A stretch of DNA of 64,000 bases from Leucoraja erinacea (GCF_028641065.1 NC_073406.1:2728001-2792000); one strand, 5' to 3'; positions 47,701 to 60,840 are shown, counted from the first letter of the stretch. The notes: generated by a model not told the origin, from the letters alone. Made by a program: numbers and translations.

Positions 47701-50700
47701 CCCAATTGGTCTTGAAGTAGACATTGCTCGGTCATTTCAGAGGGTAGCTGAGATTCACCCACCAGAGAGACACAAGCCAAACTGGGTAAAGATGGAACAC
47801 TAATGAACTACTTGCATTTCTACAAAGTCCAACAACTTTGAGTTTACCATTACTGATAGCGAACTGAATTTGAATGCCCCAATTTCAAGTGTGATTAAAA
47901 CTAAAGGCTCTGGATTAATGGTGCGGATGGGGTCAAGGAAAGAGCTTTCATGTCACAGCCCTGTTTTCACCAATCTTTCCACCACCACACACAAGAAGCG
48001 ACAAGACAGACACCATTGTATGCAGATGCCAAGAAGTGTGTTCAGCTCTGGCTGAACAACTTCTAATCTTGTGTGTGGACTCGATAAGAATGCTCCAGAA
48101 CCCTGAAGCAGTCTCCCATTAGTACAATTACTTTTCCACTGTATCGTGTACAATTAGTTTTAATGGCAGTTTTCTTTGCTCTTGATACCAACATGACTAG
48201 ACTATGTATACTTTTATACACTGTACACTTTTAGCTAACACTCCCTGTGACAAGTGAGAAAGAAATGATTGGGTTGGTTGGGGGGGGGAGGTCAAATTTG
48301 CCTCCTATGGCTGGGGCTCTGGAACCTGTAGCCGACTTCAGATGCTGAATTTGCAGGCCGTCCAGTGGATCATTGGACTCCTCTCAGGGGCTGAGATCAC
48401 CGATAGTCCGGCAAAACGGATAATCCAGAAAGGCTCTGGAACCAAGGATGCCCGAGGGAAAAGAGAAAAAAATAAATAAATGGTGGTGGACCTGTACAGC
48501 AGACCCTTCTATACTTGCCTTTTCTTTTGGTCTTTGATCAGTTTTTAGTTGTTTACTCAGCTGAGGTGGCTTTTTCTTCAGTTTGGAGATATTTTGATCT
48601 TTACCAGTAACAGATTTAAGCTCTTGATTAGTCAGGCTTAACTGCTGCTGGATATCAGATGTAAGTTGCGTATCCACTACAAGCAGGTCATTGATTAGCT
48701 GGAGGGAGAAAACACACGTTGTCAACCTTCTGCTAGTTAGCATAATTTAGATATTATTTGACCAAAAACCTCACACAGCAGCAATCAGGATTGTCAGTAA
48801 TCTTACCCAACTTGAACCATCTCATGAAATTAATATGTCCAGGGGATGTCCAGAGTGGGTTGGGCAAGGAGAGACAACGCAACTAACTAATAAAGACAAG
48901 CAACTCCAGGCTAGTCTTAATCAGTGGCCAGAATGGAGACGAGGAGTTTCTTTAGCCAGAAGGCTGTGGAAATCATGCTATCCAAATAGATCCAAATAGA
49001 TCATACATAGATACAAATCAGTTCAAACTCAAGTACAATAAGAGCAAAGAGGAAGATACAGGAAGGTAGACAAAAATGCTGGAGAAACTCAGCGGGTGCA
49101 GCAACATCTATGGAGCAAAGGAAATAGACAACGTTTCGTCCCGAATCCCAAAGGAAATGGGTAACGTTTCGGGCCGAAACCCTTTGGGTTTCGTCCCGAA
49201 ACGTTGCCCATTTCCTTCGCTCCATAGGTGCTGCTGCACCCACTGAGTTTCTCCAGCATTTTTGTCTACCTTCGAATTTCCAGCATCTGCAGTTCCTTCT
49301 TAAACAGGAAGATACAGGATGCAGAATATAGTTCTCAGCATTGTAGTGCAACAGTTCCCTGGAGAAATGAATCCAAGGCAAAGGGTTTCAGGGGAACGCA
49401 ATCACAAATAGGTAAAAAAACAACAATGACCTTGGGTACACAAAAATGCTGGAGAAACTCAGCGGGTGCAGCAGCATCTATGGAGCGAAGGAAATAGGCG
49501 ACGTTTCGGGCCGAAACCCTTCTTCAGACTGAACTTGGCATGGTTCAGTTGCACAATACTCACATTTCTGTAGGTGAGTAGTCTCTCGATCACTGGATGG
49601 TTCTGAACTGGAATACGTTTTGCCTTCAATACCAGGTAAAAACTGATGTTTGTGCAGTAGCTACAGATCAGACACATTTCATTACCAAGGGAACACTAGT
49701 TTTTTGTTTCAGTACAGTACTTCACAGTTCTGATTGTTTACTAAATGTAAAACTCAGATATTGTACAGGAGATCCCCATTTTTTATTTGTGTGAGAAGGA
49801 ACTGCAGATGCTGGTTTAAACCAACAGTAGTCACACAAAGCTGGAGTAACTCAGCTGGACAGGCAGCGTCTCTGGAGAGAAGGAATGAGTGAGGTTTCGG
49901 GTCGAGACCCCGAGTCTGAAGAAGGGTCCCGAATCCAAAACGTCACACATTCCTTCTCTCCAGAGATGCTGCCTGTCCCGCTGAGTGACTCCAGCTTTGT
50001 GTCTACCACCCGACCACCTTCAACTGGCACAAACTCAATGGCCATCCACACTTTACTTTAGAGATACAGCGCAGAAACAGGCCGTTCGGCCCACTGAGTC
50101 CGCGCTGACTAGCGGTCACACCAACTCTATCCTACACACTAGGGACAATTTTACAACTTATAGAAGCCAATTAACCTGCAAACCTGTGCGTCTTTGGAGT
50201 GCAGGAGGAAATCGGAGCGCCCGGTGAAAACTCACGCAGTCACAGGAAGAACGTGCAAACTGCGTACAGACAGCACCTGCAGTCAGGATCGAACCCGGAT
50301 GTCTGGCGCTGTAAGGTAGCAAATCTACCTCTGCACCACTGTACACTCTGGAGGGCACAAGGCCTTAGATAGCAGAGTGTGGAAGCCCTGCCCAAGGAAT
50401 GGCCTGACCATTTTTGACACCAAGATATGACGAGAGGCAGAGTTTGTTGTGCGAATGGACTATAATGGTTTTTAAATGACATTTGGAGAAATTAAAAAGT
50501 TGATGTAAATAAAATTAATAAATTCATTAAGAACAGTTTAGAAATAATTAAAAACTGAAATAAAAGTATAATAATAAAAAGCTCTAAGAACAATTAAAGT
50601 CTCACCTTATCCATTAATTCCAACACACAGGCTGACAATCCCTAAAGAACCAGTGGAACATCCAATTCTATATCATGTCTGTACGAAACTGGTCACTGGA

Positions 50701-53700
50701 ATGACTGATTGTCAATGGTTCTTTGTAAGAACTGCCAGTCACAGACAAGAACAATGTCCCACTGATATTAATCAACAATACACTGTGCCAATTGCCAGTC
50801 ATACAAAACTCACATGAACATCTTGCTAACAAATGTTAATGGCACAGACACTCTTACGATCACAAGTCCAACAGAGGTTTCAATTTCTAACTTATCAGTT
50901 AATTAATTTCACCACGTGGTGAATGGCTAATAGACTGGACAATAGGCAGCTCCTCAATCTCCCTGTTCATCGTGTCCCGCAAAGGGCACAGATTCTCTTG
51001 TTACAGCAAATAAACTTACTTCAGGTACAGATGGTACTTTGTCTGCACATACTGGGCGTCCTGTGAAGTAAACAAAATTCACAATATGATCCGGTCACAC
51101 CTCACACCTCCCATCCCCGCCCTGTCACACAACGTGTTTGTCTTCTCATCATACCTTTCCTGCTGGGATCCTGCCACTCTGTACAGTCTCCATCAGTGGC
51201 TGCAACTCATCCCTCAATTCCACAAGCTGCAAGATTAATCAGAAATTGTTTTACTTGGCAGAATAACTTAAAACGCACGGTGGTGCAGCGGTTGAGTTGC
51301 TGCCTTAGGATTGGGTTCGATCCCGACTACTACGTGCTGTCTGTACGGAGTTTGCACGTTTTCCCCCCTTGACCTGCGTGGGTTTTCTCCAGGTTCTTCC
51401 CACACTCCAAAGACGTACAGGTTTGTAGGCCAATTGGCTTCAGTAAAATTGTAAATTGTCCCTAGCGTGTGTGCGCAGGATAGTGTTAGTGTACGGGGAT
51501 CGCTGGTCGGCGCGTCGAGGGGCCTGTTTCCTCGCTGTATCTCTAAACTAATCCTAAAATTTTTCACTGTACTTCGGTACACGTGACAATAAACTAAACA
51601 AACTACAAGTAACTAAAACAGAAAAGGTTCCACTTTCTTCCTTCCAAGGTGACTCGCAATGGGAAATAGTTCTACAATTGCAAACCTCAATTATTTTGCG
51701 CAAAGGGGGGGAAAAAAAAGAAAAAACTTGTCTAAACCATCACTATGCAGCACTTTCATATTTAAGAAATATATTGTGACAAATCGCTATGGCAATCGAT
51801 CAAAAGAAAAAAAAGTTGACATTTATCTTTCATTCTTATCCATGTTCACATTTAAGTTCAGTTTAATTTATCACATGTACCAAGGTACTGTGAAAAGCTT
51901 TTGTTTTGTGCTATCAAGATTTAAGATTTTTTAAGAAGGAACTGCAGACGCTGGAAAATCGAAGGTAGACAAAAGTGCTGGAGAAACTCAGCGGGTGCAG
52001 CAGCATCTATGGAGCGAAGGAAATAGGCAACGTTTCCTATTTCCTTCGCTGCATAGATGCTGCTGCACCCTCTGAGTTTCTCCAGCACTTTTGTCTACCT
52101 TTAAGATTTTTTTATTTTGTGAAGAACTATAAACTGAGCAGCGATGTCAAATCTGTGCTTTCCTGAAGCCAAGAAAATCAATTCATCTTTTATCCTTCAG
52201 TTTTTCTGTGCAAAAACAAGGTTTTCTGAAAAGAATATAAAGAAAAATGCGACTATAGGTTTCCCCCGATAACAAAATAACCAATTCCCTAGTTCCCTCG
52301 ATGCCAATGTTTGTACGGTTTGCTTAAATTCAATTGTTTGTCTTAATTCATTGTCTTTGCATCCTCCTACATTAATACACAATATGTTAAGTGGCCGCCT
52401 CTTATCCAGTGGTCGATCAGCTAAACAACATAATTTAATTTGGAAACATTAACTTCTATTCATGCATCAGATGAGACTTGATATCTAACGAGGAACTAAT
52501 GTGCACTACTACCATAAAATCTCAGTAAATCTTCATCAGAAAACACGATTTCCATCAACGAAATAATATTTCATGTATCGGCGTCATGTTAGGCCAAACA
52601 TATAAACATAGAAAATAGGTGCAGGAGTAGGCCATTCGGCCCTTCAAGCCTGCACCGCCATTCAATATGATCATGGCTGATCATCCAACTCAGTATCCTG
52701 TACCTGCCTTCTCTCCATACCCCCTGATCCCTTTAGCCACAAGGGCCACATCTAACTCCCTCTTAAATATAGCCAATGAACTGGCCCTCAACTACCTTCT
52801 GCGGCAGAGAATTCCAGAGATTCACCACTCTGTGTGTGAAAAATGTTTTCCTCATCTCGGTCCTAAAAGATTTCCCCCTTATCCTTAAACTGTGACCCCT
52901 TGTTCTGGACTTCCCCAACATCGGGAACAATGGTCCTGTTCCTGTCCTGTACTGTTCAATATTCTAATATTCTTTGTGGTTTAGAAATGAGTACCCAATA
53001 AAATAGATTTTTACCTCTGGAACATTACAATGCACTATTCTATTGCGCCTGTAATTTATGAATTTTCAACCTTATATATGTGGCATCTAATCTTAAGAAA
53101 ACACTAAAAAGAGTTGAATAAACATGAGTAATGTTAGAGATTTAGCTGACCTTTGCCCTGAAATCCTGCATGAGTTCCAGTAGCTCAGGTGACTCTTTCT
53201 TCAGCAGTTTCATCTTCTCTTTCTGGGACATTTTATTCAAATCTTTTTTAATTTTCAGGTCCTTTCCAGAATCTTTCTCTGCTTCCCGTTCTTGGGCAAA
53301 TGTCTAGGATGAGAAAACTCCACATAAGAATGGAGAATAAATAAATAAACCTGCGGACCTTCTTTTGAGAAAGACATGCGAGTGATCAGCAGACCTGTAC
53401 GTACTTCATCCCTGTTTCATCGTGCACAAGTTGGCAGAAAACATTGTTACCCGAATCCATGAAAATGTTCCAAGATTGCTAGCAGTCAGAGGTTACCATC
53501 GCTGATTACCCCGTCTTGGATATGTGTCAGAACCAGCAGTGAAGACAACATTGATTGCATTAGAACATAATTGTATGTGCGCATGTCAATTGCAGTTGAG
53601 AAAAGATGGGTTGGGGGAGAAAACAAATATCTGTTTTGGATAGATATGCAAAGGATCATTGAAGTCAGTCAGTCCATGGCAGAATGAATTTGTAGTTCAA

Positions 53701-56700
53701 AACCAAAAGAACATATTAGAGCCAAAAACAGCATTGCTTCTGTAAAATGAATCATAGCTTACAACTCTTCAAATATTGCAAAAGCACGCGGATATAAGGT
53801 GCGAAGGACAATAATGAAAATACCCAACATATCCATAAGTGTATATTTCAGAATGGGAGGATCAGTAACTGTAAGTAAGAGGGCCACAACACAGGAAAGG
53901 CCGATAATCTGGCCTCTCCTGCTGGACTGGCAAGTTTAATCACACAGAACCAGGATTGCCTTAAACCAATATGAATTTTAAAAGTGAGAGCACCACCACT
54001 ACATCTAGAGGACAAACATTACTGAATTATCTCAAAAATAAGTTGGCACGGAGCTATTGGAGTGGAGCGCCAGGAAAAGACAGGAAGCCAATCCCAGTAA
54101 TAATAACCACAAATTACTTGGGCATTTGCAATCTGGTGCAAAGGCTACTTCTGCACCTCCACACACACACACACACCCTGGTCGTTACCTGAAGAAGGTC
54201 GAGGCCAAAGTCATCCTCTGACAGATCCTCAGCCAGTCGTTTCTGAATGTTTATGGCTTCGAGTTCCTCCTCTTCAACCTCTGCCAGAGCTTCTGCCTGT
54301 TTCTTTCCACCTGCAAGTGTGTCAACAGCAAATGCCAAGTCAGACCACAATACATGTTTGCATCTCCTTGCAAGTACTCATACCTTCTCACAAGATAGTT
54401 GTGTACAAAAGCTCAAGCCTTTAAACTTTCCACCCAGGATTTTCATGTTGAAAGGGAGGAAATACAATTCCTAAACTGCTGTCAAAGAACACCAAAGAGT
54501 GAATCCAGACTAGGTCAGAGCATTGCCACAGTGCCACTCACAGACAAGCCTGACTTAAAGCACATTAAAACAAAACACAAAAGTCTGACTATCTTGCTAA
54601 AATACCAAAGGCATCGGTCTTGAAAAACACTATCTAAAATGGAATTGTCACATCTTGTGTTCATTCTGAGGACAGGGATCAATGCTGTTGACCCCGTGCA
54701 TTTCAAAACCACAAATACATCCATGCAAGCAACATAAGGAAGAAACCCGTCTCCCTCCCCCCGCTGAAGATGGCAAGTTACAGAACTTACGAGGAATCTC
54801 ATCAACGTAGTCGGTCTGGTAGTACGATTTCTTCCTCTGTCCCCAGGACAAAGCGCTGGGGAGGCCTGGAGGAGAAAGAGTGAAGCAACAATCAGTCTTA
54901 CTGCAAAGAAACCGATTCAGCATTTGCAGCAGTAACGTTGCACGTCGATTATTCTTAATTAATAGTAATGGAACATGGCAATATTTCTGCAAATGCCTCA
55001 GGCCAGGCTAAAGTTTGCAAAATAAATTAGTTCCATGATGCATTATACAGAATTCGATAACATCACAGCACAGCACTGACCATCCTCTCTTTTGCCCTCG
55101 AGATCACTGTCCATGTCAACCTCTTCCTCGCATTCATCATCCTCATCCTCCTCCTCATCATCATCCGAATCGGGAAGCTCCAGGGGCATCACCTCTTCCT
55201 GTTTTAGACACAGCAAGTCGTCAGCATTGATGTTTGAACCAATTAATGGTCAATAAATTCATTTCCAACAATATCGTTTTTGCTGCATTTAACCGAAGGG
55301 AAATAAGGCAGAAGGAAACATACAGCGGACCGTATCAGTTACAGAAATCAGAAGATGTTGTTCTTTTAATTCAGTGGAGGATCAAATTCCATAGTAAAAG
55401 CTACCACCAACACTGAAAGGTCCAGGAAAAACAAGCAGATTAGCATAATAAACAAGGGAATTGCATGCAGCCCTTTGGTTCAGCTCTCATGTTCAATATT
55501 ATTGGTGGAATTGCGAAAACCCCCTAACCCTCATTGACGGCTAAATAACAAGAATCTACTGATAGCAGCCTCAAATAAATGACTGAACATTCAGGGCTTC
55601 ATTGGAGTAGAGATTATGAAGTAAATCGAGTTAAATCAATAAAGTGTGATATTATGACTACTGATACAGCTGAAAGGACAAGAGATCTGTATTGGGAGAC
55701 TGCAATAGCCTTTCACTATTTAGGATGGACCAATGCAGCATAACAATGTCATATATAATACATCCCGATTGAGATAAAACACAGGTGAATGCTTTGAGAC
55801 AGCATGTGAGAGGCAAATTTAACTTGAATACATTTTCTGTTGTGCTACTGCAAGTAAGAATTTCATTGTTCTATCTGGGACATATGGCAATAAAACACTC
55901 TTGACTCTAGAGAGTAAAATACAGAGGTTACACCATACATGGAGCTGGCTATAACAGATAAAGCAGAGAAGATTAATGCAACATTATTTGTGATCAGGGA
56001 AAATAATTGTAACTGAAAAGGTGCCCCTAAATAATACTTTGCGAATGCTTTTGCTGCATTACATGCACTTTAGTCAGCCAAGAAATTATACAGCCGGCCT
56101 TATACACAGACAGCAGAAAATGCACGCAGAAATGCAACACCTGCAGATTTCTAGTGACAAAGGAAATGTTAAATTTTAATCTAGTTTATCAAGACCTTTG
56201 TTAATAGCTTACATAACGACTACTTTCTAGTAGGTTTGTTTGTAATGTAAGACTGTACAAAATGTAATTTTGTTCAAACCAAGCTGTTTGAATAACAATA
56301 AAAGGCATTCTATTCTACCTTAAAGAGTGAAAGTAAAAATACTGAGACAAGAGTGGTCTCAAGACTTGTGGAAAAACAAGCACATAAATGTTGGCAACTT
56401 TTTGAGCATAACATCGAGGAGGAAGTGTTGCAGAGATAGCATCGTTCAGATCAGGTGTTAAAGCAAGGTTTGTCTAGCCTCTCAAATGAATGAAAAAAAG
56501 ATCCTCAGTGTAATTTAAGAACAGCAAGGAAATTTTCCCAAGAGTCCCAACTCATTATTATCCCTCATATCATATGGTCATTATCACATTGCTGGATGTG
56601 TGCAGTTGCTGTGTGCAAGTCTGCTTCAGTGTCCCTACAACAGTGACAAGGGTTTGAAACCTTTTATCAACAGTAAAATGCCTTGTCAGGTTCCAAGTCT

Positions 56701-59700
56701 GTAAAAGATGCTATACAAATCTTATTTTCTACCCAATGAAATCCTGCTTTCCCCAAAAGAGTTGGAAAGACAGAAACACTCCTGTTTTTTTTTTGTTTTT
56801 TTTAAATATCGTTCGACAGGGCATTTAGAAATTAATCAGAAGGTGTTCCAAAAAGCTTGCCTAACAACTGTGTTATGTCAGCCCAGCAGAACAGCACATA
56901 CATACCTCATCCAATGAGTCCTCACTAAAATGTTCTTGTGCTTTTCCATCGTCCAGCAGCTTCTGCAATAAAAAAAGTTTAGGATGATCGAGATTTTCAA
57001 AGGCTTGCCAACAAGAACATCAAGGCACCTTTGGACTGCTGTTGTTAAACCTGTTTTGGCAAACTGAGCAGTGGTGTTCCTTAAGAATGACTGTGTAGAA
57101 TACTTGCTGACTTCCTTCTCCTCGTACAACTTTCCCTAAATACACAGCAATTTTAAGTTAGCATACACTCAATATCTCACCCTGAAAAATCAGTAACAAT
57201 GCACATCAATTTCTTGCTCCAAACTATACCCTATGTTGTTAGTGACTAATGTAATTTAGGTTTGAGAAGAAACTGCAGATGTTGGAAAATCAAAGGTAGA
57301 CAAAAATGCTGGAGAAATTCAGCGGGTGTGGCAGCATCTATGGAGCGCAGGAAATAGGCAACGTTTCGGTTCAAGACCGTTCTTAGGTGGTAGGCTCACA
57401 TTTGTGATGGCACTGCATTATAAAGGTGTAATAATTGTATTCTCTGTAGTACCTTGTTGTTGCAGCTACATCAGCCAGCATTGTGGAGGAATAGTCGACA
57501 TACATTTCTCCCACTTTTAAATTACAACTTCCATTATTTAAAAACATTATAGCAAAACTTCAATTATTATCCAAATCAACCCCTCAATCCAACTTAACCT
57601 GCAGTTAATAAATAACGTTATTGGTTACAATGAACATCATGGGAAACGGGCCGACACAATTTAATCCGCGCTTATTTTTTACTTTACTACAAAGGTTATA
57701 TATAAACATGGTGTCTTACACTCACCTTAAGTTTCTTCTCGTGAAATTCGTCAATGTCATCATTATAATATTCGGAGGAATTCTACAAGAAAAAAAAAAT
57801 GCTTTCACATTGAGCATAACTGCTCCTTACCCACTTACATTTCAATATTGCAATCACAGAAAATTAACTTGCATTCAGGCTTTCAAGATATCCACTGCCA
57901 TCCACACTCCGTGATTTTGCAAACAAACTGCGATTCAAAGGCTGGACTAACCTGCTCGCAGTTCCTAAATGCTATGCATGAGATTTGTCCACAGTCTTCT
58001 GAAAATGTATTTATCTATCATCTCCAAATTACACTGCCCCTTACATTAAAATCTGATTAAAGAGGAAGTTTTTATTTAACTCCCAAACCCCACTTTAAGT
58101 CTTTCACAAAACAAAACATGAGACGAGGATAACTGGGTTTGGTCATCAGCAGTGACAAAATGCATGGTTTCTGCTTTGGAGCAAATGTACACATGATTGC
58201 ACTAAGCTTATGCACTAATGCTATCGTGAAATCTTCGGAATGAAATCCACATTGAACAAGAATATCCCAAACTAACTGCTTCTACATTTAAACCCAGAGA
58301 CAGATGAAGTAAAAAAAAAAAAATCACTGGCAGTAATATGAAGAATTACCTGCCACACACTCTCATTTTTAATACTCACAGCATCGGGATTTGGTAAGTT
58401 GCTGTACTTTTGGGGGTCATCGCTGCCATCATCCTGCTGCTGTTGCTGCAGCCTGGGTTTCTTTCTACTGGATCTGCAAAGCAGCCAATCATTAAAATTA
58501 TAGATCTTAATAATTACCAATTCTGGAGTTATGTTAAATAGAATAATACATATAGTTATAATACATAGATAACCTCTGTTCTTCCTTTGCACAGTGGTTT
58601 TAATACAGATAGTTAGCTACATATGATAATGTATTTAAGCAGATTTTTGCACTTATTTACATAATTATTAACTGACCACAATGGCAATTTACAGAATAAA
58701 GTCGTCAGTACAAAGTCGTCAGTAGATTTTTTAACACCGATTGGGCAACTTTTATGCTGCAGTCTTCAACTCAACTACCTGAAACTCACTTTACAGACAT
58801 TCTTTACATCAGTGCACGTTAAACATTGCATTGAATTGGTTGTGTGTCAAGGTTCTAAAGAAGAGAGGCAAGAGTCTCAACTGATGCCATTCGCCTCGTT
58901 TGCTGCTGTCAGTGTTACAGATTGTCATAGATGGACAGAAATTCCCCACAAAACAGCAGAAAGATTGATATTCCTTAATCCTGCTCCACAATCAGCTAAA
59001 CGTCAACTGCAGTTCCTGAACTTTTTTTGATGCAGGTCCAAGTCTCATTCACAAAATCAAAAGCAACAATATGACGCTGTACTTTTGGAAATCTGCCCAG
59101 CTGAAGATAAAATGTGGCCCCATCTGTTTTCACACAATACTATTTTAAGGGTGAGTACTAAACGCATCAAAATAAGTGACAATGGGAGGGGAATGGACAG
59201 CATATGTGAGGGGAATGGACAGGCAACATTTCGGGAGTGACTCTTGAGATTGAAGGGTCACCTACCTTCTCTCCAGAGATGCTGCCCGTCCCGCTGAGTT
59301 ACTCCAGAACTATGTGACTATCTTCAGACGTGCCAACACGCCAAAAACAATAATTACACTCAGGGCTGTGGAATTACACTAAGCACATAAAGAAATAGGT
59401 GACAAAAGGGAATAGGAAAAGGTATGGGTGACGTTTCAGACCCGAAACATCACCCATACCTTCTCTTCAGAGATGCTGCCTGTCCCGCTGATTTACTCCA
59501 GCATTTTGTGTCCATCCTCGGTTTAAACCAGCATCTGCGGTTCCTTCCTACACATTCTGGCTGCTTTGATTCCTGTTTGCCACTCGAGGTAGTACTTTGA
59601 TAAAGACTTGACGGTAGCAAAGCGGCCGGGGACGGCGCGGTCCCTCCTCACCGGTAACATTAACCCTCGATAGACACAAAACACTGGAGTAACTCAGCGG

Positions 59701-59972
59701 GACAGGCAGCATCTCTGGAGAGAAGGAATGGGTGACGTTTCGTGTCAAGACCCGTCTTCCTTCTAAAGGTTTAAACCAGTGTCTGCAGTTCCTTCCTAAA
59801 CATTATCCCTCGCCTGCCGGGGACGGCGCGGTCCCCCCTCACCGCAGACCCCGAGCTCTCTCCTCTCTCCTCTCTCCTCTCTCCTCTCTCCTCTCTCCTC
59901 TCTCCCCTCCTCTCCTCTCCTCCCCCTCTCCCTCTCCCTCTCCCATTACCGTCCCATCTCTTACCGTCGCAT
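44751..59972 (-). CDS. UTP3: UTP3/SAS10 small-subunit processome component, 16 coding exons, ~482 aa
   Basis: Exons 59972-59965 (or 59957-59950), 58473-58380, 57782-57726, 56962-56906, 55198-55081, 54865-54791 (LSWGQRKKSYYQTDY), 54310-54189, 53303-53151 (KESPELLEL), 51226-51155, 51060-51020, 49660-49564 (YCTNISFYLVLKA..HPVIERL), 48698-48519, 47448-47339, 46403-46337, 45479-45372 (KNRGLTPRRKKIDRNPRVKHREKF) and 44840-44751 (YGGELSGIRAGVKKSVKL*, Sas10 C-terminal domain). Phases are consistent throughout. Confidence 0.92.
44975..45247 (+). mobile_element. HE1-like tRNA-derived V-SINE
   Basis: GGCACGGTGGCGCAG (A box), GTTCGATCC (B box), V-domain-like core and LINE-like tail. Confidence 0.85.
49064..49305. 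mobile_element. Fold-back Penelope-derived insertion
   Basis: 14-bp TSD AGGAAGATACAGGA (49050-63 / 49306-19). Inverted arms with several GAAACG hammerhead remnants at the centre. Confidence 0.8.
49500..49527 (-). ncRNA. Minimal hammerhead motif in a Penelope-derived repeat
   Basis: Minus strand CTGAAGAAGGGTTTCGGCCCGAAACGTC, identical to 25831-25858. Confidence 0.65.
50052..50342 (-). mobile_element. HE1-like V-SINE
   Basis: Reverse complement of the 44975 family, including the B box GGTTCGATCC. Confidence 0.8.
51275..51550 (+). mobile_element. HE1-like V-SINE
   Basis: GCACGGTGGTGCAGCGG, GGTTCGATCCC, V-domain-like core and tail. Confidence 0.8.
51933..52099. mobile_element. Fold-back Penelope-derived insertion
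   Basis: TSD TTTAAGATTTTTT (51920-32 / 52100-12). Arms are inverted at GGCAACGTTTCC. Confidence 0.75.
52600..52930 (-). mobile_element. CR1/HER1-type LINE 3' fragment
   Basis: Reverse complement of the 36700-37045 LINE end. Confidence 0.8.
59856..59942. repeat. (CTCTCCT)n-type pyrimidine microsatellite in UTP3 intron 1
   Basis: Directly visible tandem repeat. Confidence 0.9.
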
Positions 59973-60840
59973 GGTCCCCAACAGGAAGTCCCCTTCCTCA
60001 ACACCTCCCGGTGGAGAACGATCACCGCCCCGCCTTCTACAAGCGACACAGAGCTTGACCGGGGCTTCCAGATATCAATCGCCTCCTTCCTCCTGATTCT
60101 ATATGACCTGCCAATTGCTCCCATTAATTGTCGATGGTGACAAGTTAGATTTATAACAGACGAATTGGTTTGTTTAGTGTTTGTTTATTTTACCCGGAAT
60201 GATTTCCCACCGGACACCCTTCCGGTTGGCGTAGGGCGATTCCATTGCCTTTGGTAGAGGGGTGGAGGTGTTCTTTAGTTGCCTGTTTCGCAGGGGGTTA
60301 AGGCATTTAAGTGACAGGTTTAAAGCAGGATTTCTATAATGAGATGGCAAGTGTCTGGTTGTTGGTGTGGAAGGGGGATGATGCGGATTTGTGCCAGCTG
60401 GAGGATGTGGCGTGGAGGTGGATCCCCCCCCGGGGTGTGCGGGTGGGAGATGCCGGCTGCCATGGTGACGGCGGGGCCGCGGCGGCGGGTGGGCCCGACA
60501 TGTCCCCGCGCCCCCGGCCCCGCTCAACAACAACAACAACAACAACAACAACAGCAGCAGCAACTTAGTATGAAGACAGCGCTGTCCGCGCCCATGTAGC
60601 CCCCGCTCTGGCTGCCCCGTCGTGTCGGTGTCTCGGTACCATGAGGCCGCCCCACCGCCCGCCCGGAGGACGAAGACAACGAGGAGAAGCCGCTGCCGCT
60701 GCTGCTGCTGCTGATGATGACAGACACAAACCCACTGGACTAACCCAGCGGGACAGGAGGCAGCATCTCTGAAGAGAAGGGGAATGGGCGACCCTTCTTC
60801 TCCAGCTGCCGAGATGGACCGCGGCGACGAGGTAAACATC
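59950..60840. promoter_or_regulatory. UTP3 promoter plus adjacent CpG island (possibly bidirectional)
   Basis: CpG-rich. Contains a GC box CCGCCCCGCC (~60025), an ETS-like CTTCCGG (~60219) and an X-box-like GCTGCCATGGTGAC (60456-60469). Confidence 0.55.
60525..60563. repeat. (CAA)n(CAG)n trinucleotide microsatellite
   Basis: Directly visible. Confidence 0.9.

Noticed and set aside
53463-53525. Possible H/ACA snoRNA in a UTP3 intron (minus-strand hairpin TCCAAGA...TCTTGGA followed by ACATTT)
   Set aside because: No canonical ANANNA H box and no convincing 5' hairpin. A snoReport or Infernal search would be needed to rescue it.
59624-59844. 29-bp GC-rich direct repeats resembling LTRs
   Set aside because: Better explained as a local tandem duplication later interrupted by a Penelope repeat with its own ~14-bp TSD (AACATTA(A/T)CCCTCG).
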